Positions 45,701 through 55,324 of a stretch of DNA of 64,000 bases are shown here, one piece after another; the first letter of the stretch is position 1; each line of letters opens with the position of its first letter. The DNA is taken from positions 9,169 to 73,168 of the forward strand of contig JBDRPD010000022.1 of NCBI GenBank assembly GCA_043827405.1, read 5' to 3'. The notes beneath the pieces are model-generated. The model had not been told where the DNA came from and did no database searches. It saw only the letters and a list, made by a program, of their open reading frames with translations. The translations under genes were made by a program, and so were the position numbers. The stretch is from Elusimicrobiota bacterium. GTDB taxonomy: Bacteria; Elusimicrobiota; Elusimicrobia; UBA1565.

Positions 45701-48700
45701 CTTATCGAGTTTGGCCGCCTGCTGGCTCTGCCGTTCAAGCCCGGACTTTATCTTATTGGTGATGGCCTGCCGCTCGAAGGCCAGGTCGTCGATAAACACC
45801 TTCTTGAGCTTGGATTGAATCTGCTGCCCGGCCTCCGCCGCACTTTGGTCCTTGACCAGGGCTTGCTGCTCCAGCGTCTGCGCCTTGGTCCGCAGCGTGC
45901 GGGCCTCTTTTATGTTTTGCGCGCCGCCCTGGGTTTCCAGCAGGTCCGCGCGGCGCACGTACTGGCGCGCTTCTCGACGCAGCGCGGTGCCGTTGGGGGT
46001 CTTCTCCAGCCGCTCGACCGCCGAATGCATCTCCGCGAGCGTATTGGCCTTGGCTTCCAATTTGGCGGCGTTCTGGGTCTTGCCCGCCTGGCGCAGAGAT
46101 TGGGCCTCGCTGCGCAAAGCGGCGACCGTCTCCTTGACCTGCTGTCCCAGCGGCGGCTCCTTCACCTGGGCCAGCGCCGCGCTCTGCTTGCCCGCCAGCT
46201 GGACGGACTTAAGCTGGCCTTCCAGCTTGGCGATCTCGGCGCGAACCTCGGCGAAGCCTTTGCCCCCCTTCTTGACTTCCTGGGCGTAAACCACCGCCTG
46301 CTGCTTAAGTCCCTTGATCGACTCGAAAACATGCTGCAGGTTGACCATCTGGCCCTGCACGCGCAGCGCCTGAGCCGAATCGCCGGCGGTATAGAGCATA
46401 TCCATCTTCTTTCCCAACGCCTTCAGGGTTTGCTCGACCAGCGTGGAGCCGGTCCCCGTTTTCCCCTTCCAGCCCAAAACCTCCCAGGCGTCCTTAAGCT
46501 GTTGGCCCAGCAGCTTCTGGTTGGCGGCGAGCTGCACCTCGGGGTTCTGCATTAAGCTCCTCTGCAGCAGCAGCTTCGCGTTGATGGCTTCGATGTTCGC
46601 CTTGACCCGATACTGGGGCATGGACGGCGGCCGGCCGCCGCGCGCCACCGTCTGGCCGCGGCCGAGTATCCGCTTGAGCGCCGCGCGGGCCTGCGCCAGG
46701 ATGTCGCTGCGCTGAGACGCCGGCACATACGTTTTATTCTCCAGCTGAGCCAGCTTGCGCGACAGCGCGAGCATATCGTCCACCTGCGACGCCAACGCCT
46801 CTTGCGCGGTGCCCTTGGGGATGCGCTTCACCAGCGTCTGGCGGTGGACCAGGCCGCTTTCCAGGCTTCCCTGCAGCCGCGTCGAACCGCGCGTCAGCAC
46901 TTCCTGCAGCCGCGTATAGGTGGGCTTAAGCTTATCGTAGCCTACCGACCAGCGCGACACCCGGGCAGTGGTCTCGCCGATAGTCAGCGCCGGCTGCAGC
47001 GCCGCGCCGTCCATCTCGTCTCCGAGGATGAAGTACTCTTCCGGCTTCATCTTGAAGTCCAGCTTGCCCTGGGCGATCTTGGACTTAAAGCCCTCCCAGG
47101 TGTCGAATTCGAGGGTACTCCTAACCTTGTTCAAAGCGCGGAAGTCGGTACGGGCCTGAGCCTCCAGGTTCGACTGCACGGTCAGAAATATAGTCTTGAG
47201 GCCGCGGTGCTTGGCCACCGATTCGGCGTAGGGCAGCAGGCCCTCGTAAGCCAGGAAGGTCTTGCCGGCGCCGGTTTTCATCATCAGGAACGTCCGCACC
47301 GTAGTCGCCGCCTCCGTCCCCTTGGTCATCACCGAACTGAGGAAGTAGGTCAAGCCCTCGAACTGCACCGGCCGCCAGTCCGGCAGCGGCCCGCCTTTGG
47401 CGCTCTGCAGGATAAAGGGCGAGGTCTTCAGCTCGGCGACGGAATCATTCAGAAACTTCAGCTCGGGAGCCTTGACCTTACCCTTCAAGTTCGCGATGTC
47501 ATCACCCATATCCTTCAATATGCTGTTAAAGGTGATCTCGCCCGGAGCGTCCTTCTTGCCGAGGATCTGCGCGGTAGCGTCAAGTGAATTCTTCTGCACG
47601 TGGATCTGCTTCCACTTGGTCAGCCGGCCCTGCATCTTGGTCAGGACCTGCTCGACCTCCGTGCCGTACATACCGGGCTGGGACTTGACCTGATTCATAC
47701 GCGACGTTAAATAGATCTGGGCCCGCCCGTGCGCCGTGCCGATCTTGTTGAAGTACTGGAAACGGTCGCGGACGGTCTGGATATAGGTCGCCGTCTTGTC
47801 GACGGCGAGCAACTCATTTTCGGGAAGTTTCAGCTGCTTCGCCTTGGCCTGGAGATCGCGCACGATGCTCATGTAATCGTCGCCGTACTTCTTCATCAGG
47901 CGCGGGTTTTGGTCCTTCCAGGCGGTGATATCGTCAAGCCAGCTGCTCATCATTTCGACGAAGGGCTTGGATGGGTTTTTCAAGCCGAGGTGAGCTTGGT
48001 ACATGTCGTCACTCGCGTTCGCGACCATAACCTCGGTGGAGTACTCCGCGCCGAGAATCTTTTTCGCCGCGGTCAGCTCGGTCGCCTTCAGCTTGAAGGC
48101 GGCATTGTTGGCATTGTTGGAAGCGATGCGCGCGAACTCCTTCTGGATCGCGGGATCGACGATGCCGAAGCCCGGGACCGGCTTGCCGAGGTTCTTGGCG
48201 TCGATGCTGAGAATGGCCCGGCGCAGCTTGGCGCTCTTGCCGACCTGATAGGTAAACAGCTCGCTCGCCTGGTCGATGACATGGTCGGTAACTTCCATCC
48301 GGCCGAGGCGCGTATGCTTCTGCTGGGATATCTCGTAGAGCTTGACCAGGTGGCGCTCCGCAAGCGGCGTCAGCTCAAGCTTTTTAGGCGCCTTGGCGCC
48401 TTTGGCCGCCGCGGCGCCTTTGGCGCCGGCCTTGCCCGCCGCCTTATAGCCCATCGCCAGATCGATTTCACCGGGCAGCACCTGCCGGATAACGCTGCGC
48501 AGCATGTCGGCGCTGATCTTGAAGGTCCCCTTGCCGCCGGCCTTCTCGCCGCGAATGCTGGCATTGAAAAAGCGCTGCATCAACGGGACCTTGACCGTGG
48601 TCTTAAGCGGCAGCTCGGTAACTTCGGGCACCATATTGGTCAACCGGTAGCCCTCGCCGGCTTCCAGATACTCCTTGACGCCCTGCATGGTCCGCTGCTG

Positions 48701-51700
48701 CTCGGTTGCCTGCATCTCAGTCTTGGCCGCGGCGACCGGCAGCAGCAGCCACCACGGGGCCTCCATATTGGCCGCGGCAGACTGTTCGGCGCGCTTGAGG
48801 CGGCGCTCGATATTGGTCTCGTCAACGGTATTGTAGTTGGTGGTGAAGTAGCGCCCGGCCGCGCCCGCTCCCTGGCTGACGACGACGAACTTGCCGATAT
48901 GATCCGCCATCACCACCAGCGGCTGCGACATCAGCCACTTGCCGCCGGCGACGACATGGCTGATGCCGGGCGTTTCGAGCACCCGGCCGGTCAGCCGCGC
49001 CGCCGTCTCAAAGGTAATCTTGCCGCGCGACACCCAGGTAATGCCGCGGCCAATCCCGGCGCCGGTGCTGCGGACGGCGGCGCCGAAGTTGCCGAGTACG
49101 CCGCGGTGCGCCACCGACTGCGCCGCGCTGCCCATGACGGGGACGCCGTCGAAGGCATTGGCCGGCAGGCCGGCGAACAGGATCAGCGGATGCCAGCTCT
49201 TGCTCGCCCAGCTGGAGCCATGCTTAAACGAGGTCCACATCGCCCCGCCGAGGCTCGGCATCGGGCTGTCGCCGTCGCCGACGATTTGATTCCAGCCGTA
49301 CATGGCGCCGCCGAAGCCCGCCGACACCGTGCCCGCCAGCGCGCCGAAAGAGCCGATGCGCAGGCCCGCATTGGCGGAGCGGATGCCGAAGGCCTCGACC
49401 TTGCGCAGGGCCCAGTTGTTGGCATAAAGGCGATCCGAGGCCGGGCTCAGACTCTGCAGGCGCAGAGCAAAATGCTCCAGGATCGCGCCCACGCCGCGCA
49501 AGGTATAGCCGATCGGCTTCATAACATAGCCGGCTTTGCCCGTCACCTCGATCATCTTGGAGCCGATCCCCGCGGCGGTCGTGCTGAGCCCGCGGGCCGC
49601 CACGCTGACCATGGGAGCGAACGCTCCCAAGGCCACCGACCAGGTCAAAGTATTGACGATGGAGCCGGCGAGGAGGTTGCGGTCGGCGACATAGGCGATC
49701 GACTTCTGCACCTTCTGCAGCGCGGCCTGAACCCGCATCCCGTCGGTGGTCTCCGGGCTGCCGTTGCCGAATACGGGAGCGGACCAGGTCTTGCTCAGGG
49801 CCGATGGATCAAGGGCGATCAGGGCTTTGCGGGCCCCCTCGAAGTTGCCGTGAGCCAGCATCGCGCTCATCTTCTCGAAAGCCGGCAAATAGGTATCGAG
49901 CGTCTGGCGATGCTTGAGGTAGTCCGCACCCCAGGTCCCATCGAAAATGGTCCGCGAGGTCCAGTTGACCGCCTTATGGCCCATATGGGTCCACCAGTTG
50001 GTCCAGCCCCGGGCTTCGTCATGCGCGACCTTGGCCAGCGCCGGCAAGGTGGCGAACATCGACAAATCCATGCTGACGTCGTTGAGCTCGCTCTGGGTAG
50101 CGCCCAGAACCGCCTGCACCGGCGCCAGGCCGGTCATATGATCCGCCGCCTCCAGGTCCTCGTCGAGACGGTCGAGAACCAGCCGCAGCCGGCCCAATCG
50201 ATGCGCGAGCTTGTCGCGGTGATTGAGGTACGCTTCCTTGGTCTCAGCGGCCCACGGCGCATCCTCGAGGTTCTCGCGCAGGTACTTGGAATCCGGGCTC
50301 TCATAGGTCTTCCACTGCACGGGCAGGACGCCGCGGCCGCCGAGCCAGGTCGGCCGCTTCCACTCCCACTCGGTCAGCCAGCTGCCGCCCTTGCCGCCGG
50401 ACTTGCTGACGCTGTCGAAAGCCTTCCCCCCCGCCGCGTCCTTGGCGAACTTCACCTCATAGCTGATCATCTCCAGCTGATTGGTCACCTGATGCTTGGC
50501 GATCTCGAGATAGGAGCTCAGGATGCGCTTGGAACCGAGCTTCTCGTCGTTCTGCAGGCTCTCGATCTCGGCATTGGTGATGATCTCACGGTTCTTAAAG
50601 CGCTCCACGCGCGACTTATAGGCGGCGACGCTTGCCTTCGCCTTATCCAGCCGCTGGCGCGTCTGCTCGTACTTGCAGTCCACATAGGTGAGCACGCTCT
50701 CGGTGCCGGGGCAGGTCGCGTCCTTCTCGGTATAATCCTTAATCGATTTATCGGCCGCCTTCTTCTCCAGGTTGGTCATCAGCCGGTTGTTGTAGAGCTC
50801 ATCGTCCACATACTGGTCCTGCTGATGCTGGCCGCCGATCATCTGATCGATGTTCTGCATGCGCTTGACGCGGTAGTCCAGATCAAGCTGCTTGGCCTGG
50901 TTCTCCAGCTTGCAGGAGCTGTAGAGCAGCATCTCGTAGTTATAGCGGCCGGTTAGCGGGATCTCCGGGGCGCAGGCGGGCTTGACCGCCGGATCATTCA
51001 TCTTCTCCTGCTGTTCGCGCAGCGCCCGGCTGTAGATGGTGGCGCCGCTGCCCACGCCGCAGCGCCAGTTGCCGTAGTCGCCGGCCGCCTGGCGGCCCGT
51101 CTTGAAAGTGTTAAAGCGTCCCACCGACATGACCAGGGGTTCGGTCCCGTCTTCCGCGTCATTTTTGCGGCAGACCATATTCTTGGCCTGGCGGATGGCC
51201 TCGCCCTTTTCATCGTAATAGGTGAAGCCGTCCGCGGTGTCGACGCGAACATAGTCGGGGTCCTTCTGCTTGGCCGCGCTGGCGGCGCCGTCATAGACCG
51301 AGCCCAGAAGCGCCCTAAGCTTCAGCGGCTCAGCCTGTCCCTTCGAGATATTGCCGGAGAGCTCGTCGAACTTCTTCCCGAAATACCGCTCGCGGGTCGC
51401 CTGGATGGTGTTCGCCGCCGCCTTGCGCATCTCCGGGGTAGCCTCGCCGAGCTTGCGCAGGGCGTCCAGGCTGTCCTTGATCTCTTCCAGACGCCGCTGG
51501 ATCGCGTCTTTATCGGCGACCATGCCCTCTTGGCCCGGCGCCCGGTTGATGAGCTTGTCGGCCGCCGCCACGTCGGCGTCCCCGCCGGCCAGCAGGAACT
51601 GATAGAAGATCTCTCCGACATCCGATATTTTTCCCTTTTCGTCGAAGAACAAGCCGCGCAGGTTGTCGGCCTTGCCGCCCTCATCCTGAAATACCCCGTT

Positions 51701-51847
51701 CTCCTGAAACAGGATGCGCGCGGCGTCGGCGTCGACCCGAACGACCCGCTTTTCCGGCTCGCCGTCGGCGGCATAGGCCCAATAAGGCATGCCCGGCCCA
51801 GACAGCAGCAGGGAGACGCTGACAAAGCACGCCAGGATTTTGCGCAT
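42791..51847 (-). CDS. Giant 3018-aa membrane protein with a C-terminal SecA-like ATPase
   Basis: Signal peptide; hydrophobic block at about 48730-49690; SecA-like motifs MKTGAGKT (47258-47281), LTVQSNLE, GDEMD, QTIATI, GFSGTA, GGRGLD, QAQGR. Confidence 0.85.
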   Translation of the reverse strand: MRKILACFVSVSLLLSGPGMPYWAYAADGEPEKRVVRVDADAARILFQENGVFQDEGGKADNLRGLFFDEKGKISDVGEIFYQFLLAGGDADVAAADKLINRAPGQEGMVADKDAIQRRLEEIKDSLDALRKLGEATPEMRKAAANTIQATRERYFGKKFDELSGNISKGQAEPLKLRALLGSVYDGAASAAKQKDPDYVRVDTADGFTYYDEKGEAIRQAKNMVCRKNDAEDGTEPLVMSVGRFNTFKTGRQAAGDYGNWRCGVGSGATIYSRALREQQEKMNDPAVKPACAPEIPLTGRYNYEMLLYSSCKLENQAKQLDLDYRVKRMQNIDQMIGGQHQQDQYVDDELYNNRLMTNLEKKAADKSIKDYTEKDATCPGTESVLTYVDCKYEQTRQRLDKAKASVAAYKSRVERFKNREIITNAEIESLQNDEKLGSKRILSSYLEIAKHQVTNQLEMISYEVKFAKDAAGGKAFDSVSKSGGKGGSWLTEWEWKRPTWLGGRGVLPVQWKTYESPDSKYLRENLEDAPWAAETKEAYLNHRDKLAHRLGRLRLVLDRLDEDLEAADHMTGLAPVQAVLGATQSELNDVSMDLSMFATLPALAKVAHDEARGWTNWWTHMGHKAVNWTSRTIFDGTWGADYLKHRQTLDTYLPAFEKMSAMLAHGNFEGARKALIALDPSALSKTWSAPVFGNGSPETTDGMRVQAALQKVQKSIAYVADRNLLAGSIVNTLTWSVALGAFAPMVSVAARGLSTTAAGIGSKMIEVTGKAGYVMKPIGYTLRGVGAILEHFALRLQSLSPASDRLYANNWALRKVEAFGIRSANAGLRIGSFGALAGTVSAGFGGAMYGWNQIVGDGDSPMPSLGGAMWTSFKHGSSWASKSWHPLILFAGLPANAFDGVPVMGSAAQSVAHRGVLGNFGAAVRSTGAGIGRGITWVSRGKITFETAARLTGRVLETPGISHVVAGGKWLMSQPLVVMADHIGKFVVVSQGAGAAGRYFTTNYNTVDETNIERRLKRAEQSAAANMEAPWWLLLPVAAAKTEMQATEQQRTMQGVKEYLEAGEGYRLTNMVPEVTELPLKTTVKVPLMQRFFNASIRGEKAGGKGTFKISADMLRSVIRQVLPGEIDLAMGYKAAGKAGAKGAAAAKGAKAPKKLELTPLAERHLVKLYEISQQKHTRLGRMEVTDHVIDQASELFTYQVGKSAKLRRAILSIDAKNLGKPVPGFGIVDPAIQKEFARIASNNANNAAFKLKATELTAAKKILGAEYSTEVMVANASDDMYQAHLGLKNPSKPFVEMMSSWLDDITAWKDQNPRLMKKYGDDYMSIVRDLQAKAKQLKLPENELLAVDKTATYIQTVRDRFQYFNKIGTAHGRAQIYLTSRMNQVKSQPGMYGTEVEQVLTKMQGRLTKWKQIHVQKNSLDATAQILGKKDAPGEITFNSILKDMGDDIANLKGKVKAPELKFLNDSVAELKTSPFILQSAKGGPLPDWRPVQFEGLTYFLSSVMTKGTEAATTVRTFLMMKTGAGKTFLAYEGLLPYAESVAKHRGLKTIFLTVQSNLEAQARTDFRALNKVRSTLEFDTWEGFKSKIAQGKLDFKMKPEEYFILGDEMDGAALQPALTIGETTARVSRWSVGYDKLKPTYTRLQEVLTRGSTRLQGSLESGLVHRQTLVKRIPKGTAQEALASQVDDMLALSRKLAQLENKTYVPASQRSDILAQARAALKRILGRGQTVARGGRPPSMPQYRVKANIEAINAKLLLQRSLMQNPEVQLAANQKLLGQQLKDAWEVLGWKGKTGTGSTLVEQTLKALGKKMDMLYTAGDSAQALRVQGQMVNLQHVFESIKGLKQQAVVYAQEVKKGGKGFAEVRAEIAKLEGQLKSVQLAGKQSAALAQVKEPPLGQQVKETVAALRSEAQSLRQAGKTQNAAKLEAKANTLAEMHSAVERLEKTPNGTALRREARQYVRRADLLETQGGAQNIKEARTLRTKAQTLEQQALVKDQSAAEAGQQIQSKLKKVFIDDLAFERQAITNKIKSGLERQSQQAAKLDKEVAKDFKSSDAEIQDILQRRKEIVGIDRDNAISLHKDMMKTERSVLAQTDPRGTKIVKDLRNMAKQARKDGAAAAKTLRQQGKTVEAERTLRESGLRAERIEAQAQRTLADGKTAREALKANSKQIDQVLKDGGEGWEVRARELLKRREQLVERAVEKENPVYEIFREMRDSMYSHVYSKTRTTQLFQTLEHSPRAARHTMSENASAPRKHAKALVKKLKEMKADGKGGNSIDSRIRKAEAVLEKLNQNTRNMAAEHRKMQRFETEALEARHKSLMETGTKQQEVVDKAYDTLRAAEQDMQLKPGSKVLKARLKDAQEGLKSANKELLNINSQMREFNTGRHTRMDAKLDGYKAGAEKLAKDVRADLAQLAEGWDQVGNVRSQVTAINRELSNGARRWQTEKLRLKMTPEKAETILRQRMDGVSVPEMAWTHLRASPLLAISKLANLPGLSRAPPVQNLGAWADAKWEGIVGPKEGLTRYYSRRLLKAFLNEPLITPQVRWRMFWKILPDVLFSKGIGYGNLRTQSFVQGELFNLANGYVENSRTIRMDHVNDAVNVVHNGQWFESMDTPTRRFWELEYGADLTLPYDSQTIATIRDVTQNTKVRFIGFSGTAGKEFRASVEPYKSSLVGVGSTGAENLQLEIHASPSGKMKSITQGLRRNMLHDFQMIDAGGQADSLLVLSLADTRVVKQVQKILTRNGVSFTSSEVSPRVLRSLMSSGYDVSLKNGSYTVKLKQGHITKVFSDAELLRTQMPKARVGDQMNLDALTPGTAKVLILDTRVGGRGLDLNFKGQRGKGPFGGYKRFEMQLHDPQVASEAHFLQAQGRIDVGRVKEGSIRNFRVVMDVPSSSKEVVFLKMLRDEPLMTQLRQRPEVVQNANRRGNIHPEWVDIHNYIESLKEKVRFAETRGPLDNVTRGHKKMIDNYNRTVERNLDAQKLEVEKDQLRSASVLQDQAMFNWLMRGMHPSTH

Positions 51848-51904
51848 TGTTCTCAGTCCTTTCGTCCTACTCAGGTTAGCAGGAAAGGCCCATCCCGGCC
51901 AGTG

Positions 51905-51951
51905 GAAAAAGACCCAGCCCCCGCGGGACCTGAGGTCCCAAGGGGGCCGGG
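51905..51951 (-). terminator. Intrinsic terminator downstream of the 1083-aa gene
   Basis: Minus strand reads CCCGGCCCCC-TT-GGGACC-TCA-GGTCCC-GC-GGGGGCTGGG followed by TCTTTTT. Confidence 0.7.
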
Positions 51952-51967
51952 CGGAAAGTCCTAACTT

Positions 51968-54900
51968 CTAGCCGCGCTCTTTGGCGTGGGTTGCGGCGGC
52001 CTTAGCGTCGACGCCCCAGAATGCGACGACGCCCAAAACACCCTTGTGCTGGCCGCCCGCGACATCCTTATCGAATACCGCCAGGACGCCGGCGTCCTTG
52101 AGGTCCTTCCCCGGCACGTCGATAATTTTGAGCACCCACTGCAGGGCCTTTTCCTGGTCCAGGGTCTCCGGCACCTTCTTGTTGCCGAACTCCTTCATGC
52201 TCAGGTTCAGGTCGAGCAGCTGGATGGTGATCCCGTCGCCCGGATACATCGTCCGCGACGTCGTTTTCTTCTCCTTGTCGGCCGGGCTCTGGAAGACCTT
52301 GATATGCGAGCTGATCAGCGGCTTGCCCTTGATCGGCTCAACCATGAACTGCAGATACCATTCCTGCTTCTCGCCCTTCTCGCCTTTCGCCACATACAGC
52401 ATGGCCCCGCTCTTGGCGGCGTCTTTGGCCGCGGTGATATCCTTATGGCCGTCGATGAGGATCCGCGGCGCTTTGAAGCCGGCGCTGGCGTCGCTTAAGG
52501 ACATGCCGTCCATAAGGACCGAGTTCGGCGTCGTGGCGCCCGCCTCGCCGGAATTAGCCGAGTCGGTCCGGTCGCGGATTCCGTCCTCGGCCGGCCACAG
52601 CTCCCCTTCCTTGGCTTTGGACTTGTAGGTGACGACCTTCTTCTTATCCGAGTAGTGGGAAGTAAACTGATAGTCTCCCGAGCTGTCCTTCTTCATCTGA
52701 TCTACCGCTTTGGCGATGATCTTTTCCACATCGGAGAAGCCGGAACGCGTCAGCGCGTCCTTGAGCGCCGCCGGATCGTTGCCGTTGAACATCTTGAAGG
52801 TCGACTTCTCCTCCAGCGTGCCGAGCCAGTTGAGCCGGCCCTTGCCCGCCTCGTCCGCCTCATCCTTCAGGTCCCGTGAAATGTCGACATAGACCACGCC
52901 GCCCTTGTCCTTGGCGATGAGCATATGGCTCTCGATAGAGAACGCGAAGTCCACTCCCTCGGCGGTCATCGGGATCACGGCGTGCTTCTGGCTGCCGGCC
53001 ACGCTGTTCTTGCTCATGAGGATAAAGGTGTGCTTGCCGTCTTTATCGGCATAGGTATAGACGCGCAGGCCCTTGGCGTCGAGCGCCGCGTTTACCTGGG
53101 CGAGTTTCGGATGGTCCTTATCCATCTTCCAGTCGCCGAAAGTAATATCCCGCCACGGACCGGCGTTCGGCTGAGTGCCGGTCTGGCCGCCGCTCGGCGT
53201 GGTGCCCGATCCCGGAGTTTCCGGCGGCGGCGCGGGCACCGGCTCCTTGCCCTCGACCGGCCGCCATATCCCGGTATTCGGGTCGCGCTGCAGGTCATAC
53301 CACACCCCGCCGACATTGAGGCCGGTAGAGACCTGATCCTGGGGCGCCACCACCCGTCCCCGCTCCATCTTGTTGACCTCGGCGACGCCGTCCGGCAGGA
53401 CGCTGAGGCCTTTGAGATCGCCGCGGCGCAGTTTGTCCATGGTCTCTTCCGACCAGTACATGAAGTAGCCGCTCTTGGCGGACTCCGCGGTGACGTAGTA
53501 CTTCTTGCCGCCAAAATCGGCGACCATGCCGCTCGCCAGCGCCTTCTCCGCCCGCATCGCGTAGAGCCCCTGCAGCGAGGGCATCTTCTGTCCCTCGACG
53601 CCGAATACCGGCTCCTTGCCGTCCGGCCGCTTGATCGATATCGTCTTGTCGTAGCTGCCGTCAACGGCGGCGACATCGAGGACATACTGCTTGCCGCCTT
53701 TGGTCAGCGAAAACTTCTTCTCCTTCCACAGCTTGTCGGCGTCAAAGTATTTGCCGTAGACATTGCCGGGGCTGGAAATGTCATAGATGCCGATCTTCTG
53801 CACCCATTGCTGCTTGGGCGGCTTGCCGACGAAAGCGCGCTCGAGGCGCGGCACGATCGCCAGCCGCCGTCCGTCCAGGTTGAAGACGTTCTTGTCGCCC
53901 CACTTGCCGAACAGGTAGTTGATATCCATGTTCGGGCTGTGCCGGGGCAGCTGGCCGGGTGTTCCGCCGCCGGTCCCGTCCGGGATCACCGGATCGCTCG
54001 GATTGGCGTTCGCGATCTGATCGAGCTCTTCCTTGGAGTACTTCATGGCCGAGATGATCATAAACGAGGACTTGGTCGAGATCGGCATGAAGTCATTGAG
54101 CCAGTTGTCGGCCGCCTGCACCCCTTCGAACGGGATTGGCGGCTCTTTGCCGGTGCGCGGATGGCAGCTCGCGGCGAAAGTCTTGGCGTCCACCATGGCT
54201 TTAGCGCCCTTCGCCTCATCCCGGTAACCCCGCAGGCAGGCGAGCAGGGTGGACTTGAAGCCCGGCCGCTTGGCCTCGAACTTCTTGAGTATGGGATTAT
54301 TGGCGAACAGGGGCGAGTCATTGCTCGCGACGATATAGTACATAGCCGCGATCTCGGCCGCGGTTCTATCGGCCTGGGCCTTATTCGCTCGCGCCTTCTC
54401 CAGCTCCTTTTTGATCCGCTGCTCGACGCGCGCCTCGACGATCTTATTGAAGTCGGCCTCATCCTTGAACCCGCCGCGCACGAAGCCGTGATCGGGCGCC
54501 CAAATAAAGGCCAAAAACTGCTTGAGGATATCCTTGTCGTACGCTGGATCATCGAGGATGATGCGGGCCACGACCTGCGGCAAATTATCCGCCCCGCCAA
54601 GCTGGCCGCGATCGGCATCTCGTTCGCCTTCGCCTGCGCGCGTTCCGCCGCCCGGCGTGACGTCGACGCCGTCCCCTACTTCAGGGGCTTCAACGCGCTC
54701 ACGAGGCGGGACGGCTACGGCCTGCTGTTCGTTGAGATCAACCGCTTTCCCGGTTGTCGCTACTTTCCAGTTGCTCTTACTGATCGGCAGGCTTTTGAAG
54801 TTGAATTCCGGCTTCTCACCAGGCTCGGACGCCCAGTGCAGGCGGGGCTGGCTGCCCTTCGACTCCCACACATGGGCGCTGGACGGGACGGTGCAGCGGT

Positions 54901-55219
54901 CGTCGCGGAACAGCTGAAACCGCAGATTTCCCTCGTCGCGGCGCATTAAGTCATTGCTCCGCTTGTAGAATTTCGGCGGCTTAATCTTCTTCGCGTCGAT
55001 ATCCTTAATGAGCTGCTTTTCGTATGCGTTGGCGCCCGGCCTATTCGGCGTATAATCGACCGTTACGCAGGTAAACTTCCGCAAGTTCGTATACGGATCG
55101 CTTACCGGGGGGTGCTCGTCTTGTACGGCCGCGGCCGGTACGACGAGGCTGCAGGCGAGGAATAGAGTTAAATACTGCAATACTACGCGCGACTTATTCG
55201 GCGTTGCCATGGCTACCAT
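51968..55219 (-). CDS. Exported hypothetical protein, 1083 aa, beta-rich domains separated by Pro/Gly linkers
   Basis: Signal peptide (LTLFLACSLVVPAAA); no recognised domain. Confidence 0.75.
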   Translation of the reverse strand: MVAMATPNKSRVVLQYLTLFLACSLVVPAAAVQDEHPPVSDPYTNLRKFTCVTVDYTPNRPGANAYEKQLIKDIDAKKIKPPKFYKRSNDLMRRDEGNLRFQLFRDDRCTVPSSAHVWESKGSQPRLHWASEPGEKPEFNFKSLPISKSNWKVATTGKAVDLNEQQAVAVPPRERVEAPEVGDGVDVTPGGGTRAGEGERDADRGQLGGADNLPQVVARIILDDPAYDKDILKQFLAFIWAPDHGFVRGGFKDEADFNKIVEARVEQRIKKELEKARANKAQADRTAAEIAAMYYIVASNDSPLFANNPILKKFEAKRPGFKSTLLACLRGYRDEAKGAKAMVDAKTFAASCHPRTGKEPPIPFEGVQAADNWLNDFMPISTKSSFMIISAMKYSKEELDQIANANPSDPVIPDGTGGGTPGQLPRHSPNMDINYLFGKWGDKNVFNLDGRRLAIVPRLERAFVGKPPKQQWVQKIGIYDISSPGNVYGKYFDADKLWKEKKFSLTKGGKQYVLDVAAVDGSYDKTISIKRPDGKEPVFGVEGQKMPSLQGLYAMRAEKALASGMVADFGGKKYYVTAESAKSGYFMYWSEETMDKLRRGDLKGLSVLPDGVAEVNKMERGRVVAPQDQVSTGLNVGGVWYDLQRDPNTGIWRPVEGKEPVPAPPPETPGSGTTPSGGQTGTQPNAGPWRDITFGDWKMDKDHPKLAQVNAALDAKGLRVYTYADKDGKHTFILMSKNSVAGSQKHAVIPMTAEGVDFAFSIESHMLIAKDKGGVVYVDISRDLKDEADEAGKGRLNWLGTLEEKSTFKMFNGNDPAALKDALTRSGFSDVEKIIAKAVDQMKKDSSGDYQFTSHYSDKKKVVTYKSKAKEGELWPAEDGIRDRTDSANSGEAGATTPNSVLMDGMSLSDASAGFKAPRILIDGHKDITAAKDAAKSGAMLYVAKGEKGEKQEWYLQFMVEPIKGKPLISSHIKVFQSPADKEKKTTSRTMYPGDGITIQLLDLNLSMKEFGNKKVPETLDQEKALQWVLKIIDVPGKDLKDAGVLAVFDKDVAGGQHKGVLGVVAFWGVDAKAAATHAKERG

Positions 55220-55324
55220 CCGAGGGGCGAGGATGCTTCACCCAAGTTTATCAGAGAGTCCTAGTATCTACAAGGTCCAATAGGCCTATATCCCTGCAAT
55301 AAATTGCTGCTGACTAAACCGCGT

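Noticed and set aside
25426..50956. Very long plus-strand ORFs (25426-28209, 29377-32553, 39586-41691, 43244-45001, 47729-50956)
   Set aside because: Antisense shadows of the giant GC-rich genes; no recognisable motifs.
42791..51847. Naming this gene secA
   Set aside because: Signal peptide, TM block, large insertion and no recognisable wing/scaffold domain; not the housekeeping SecA.
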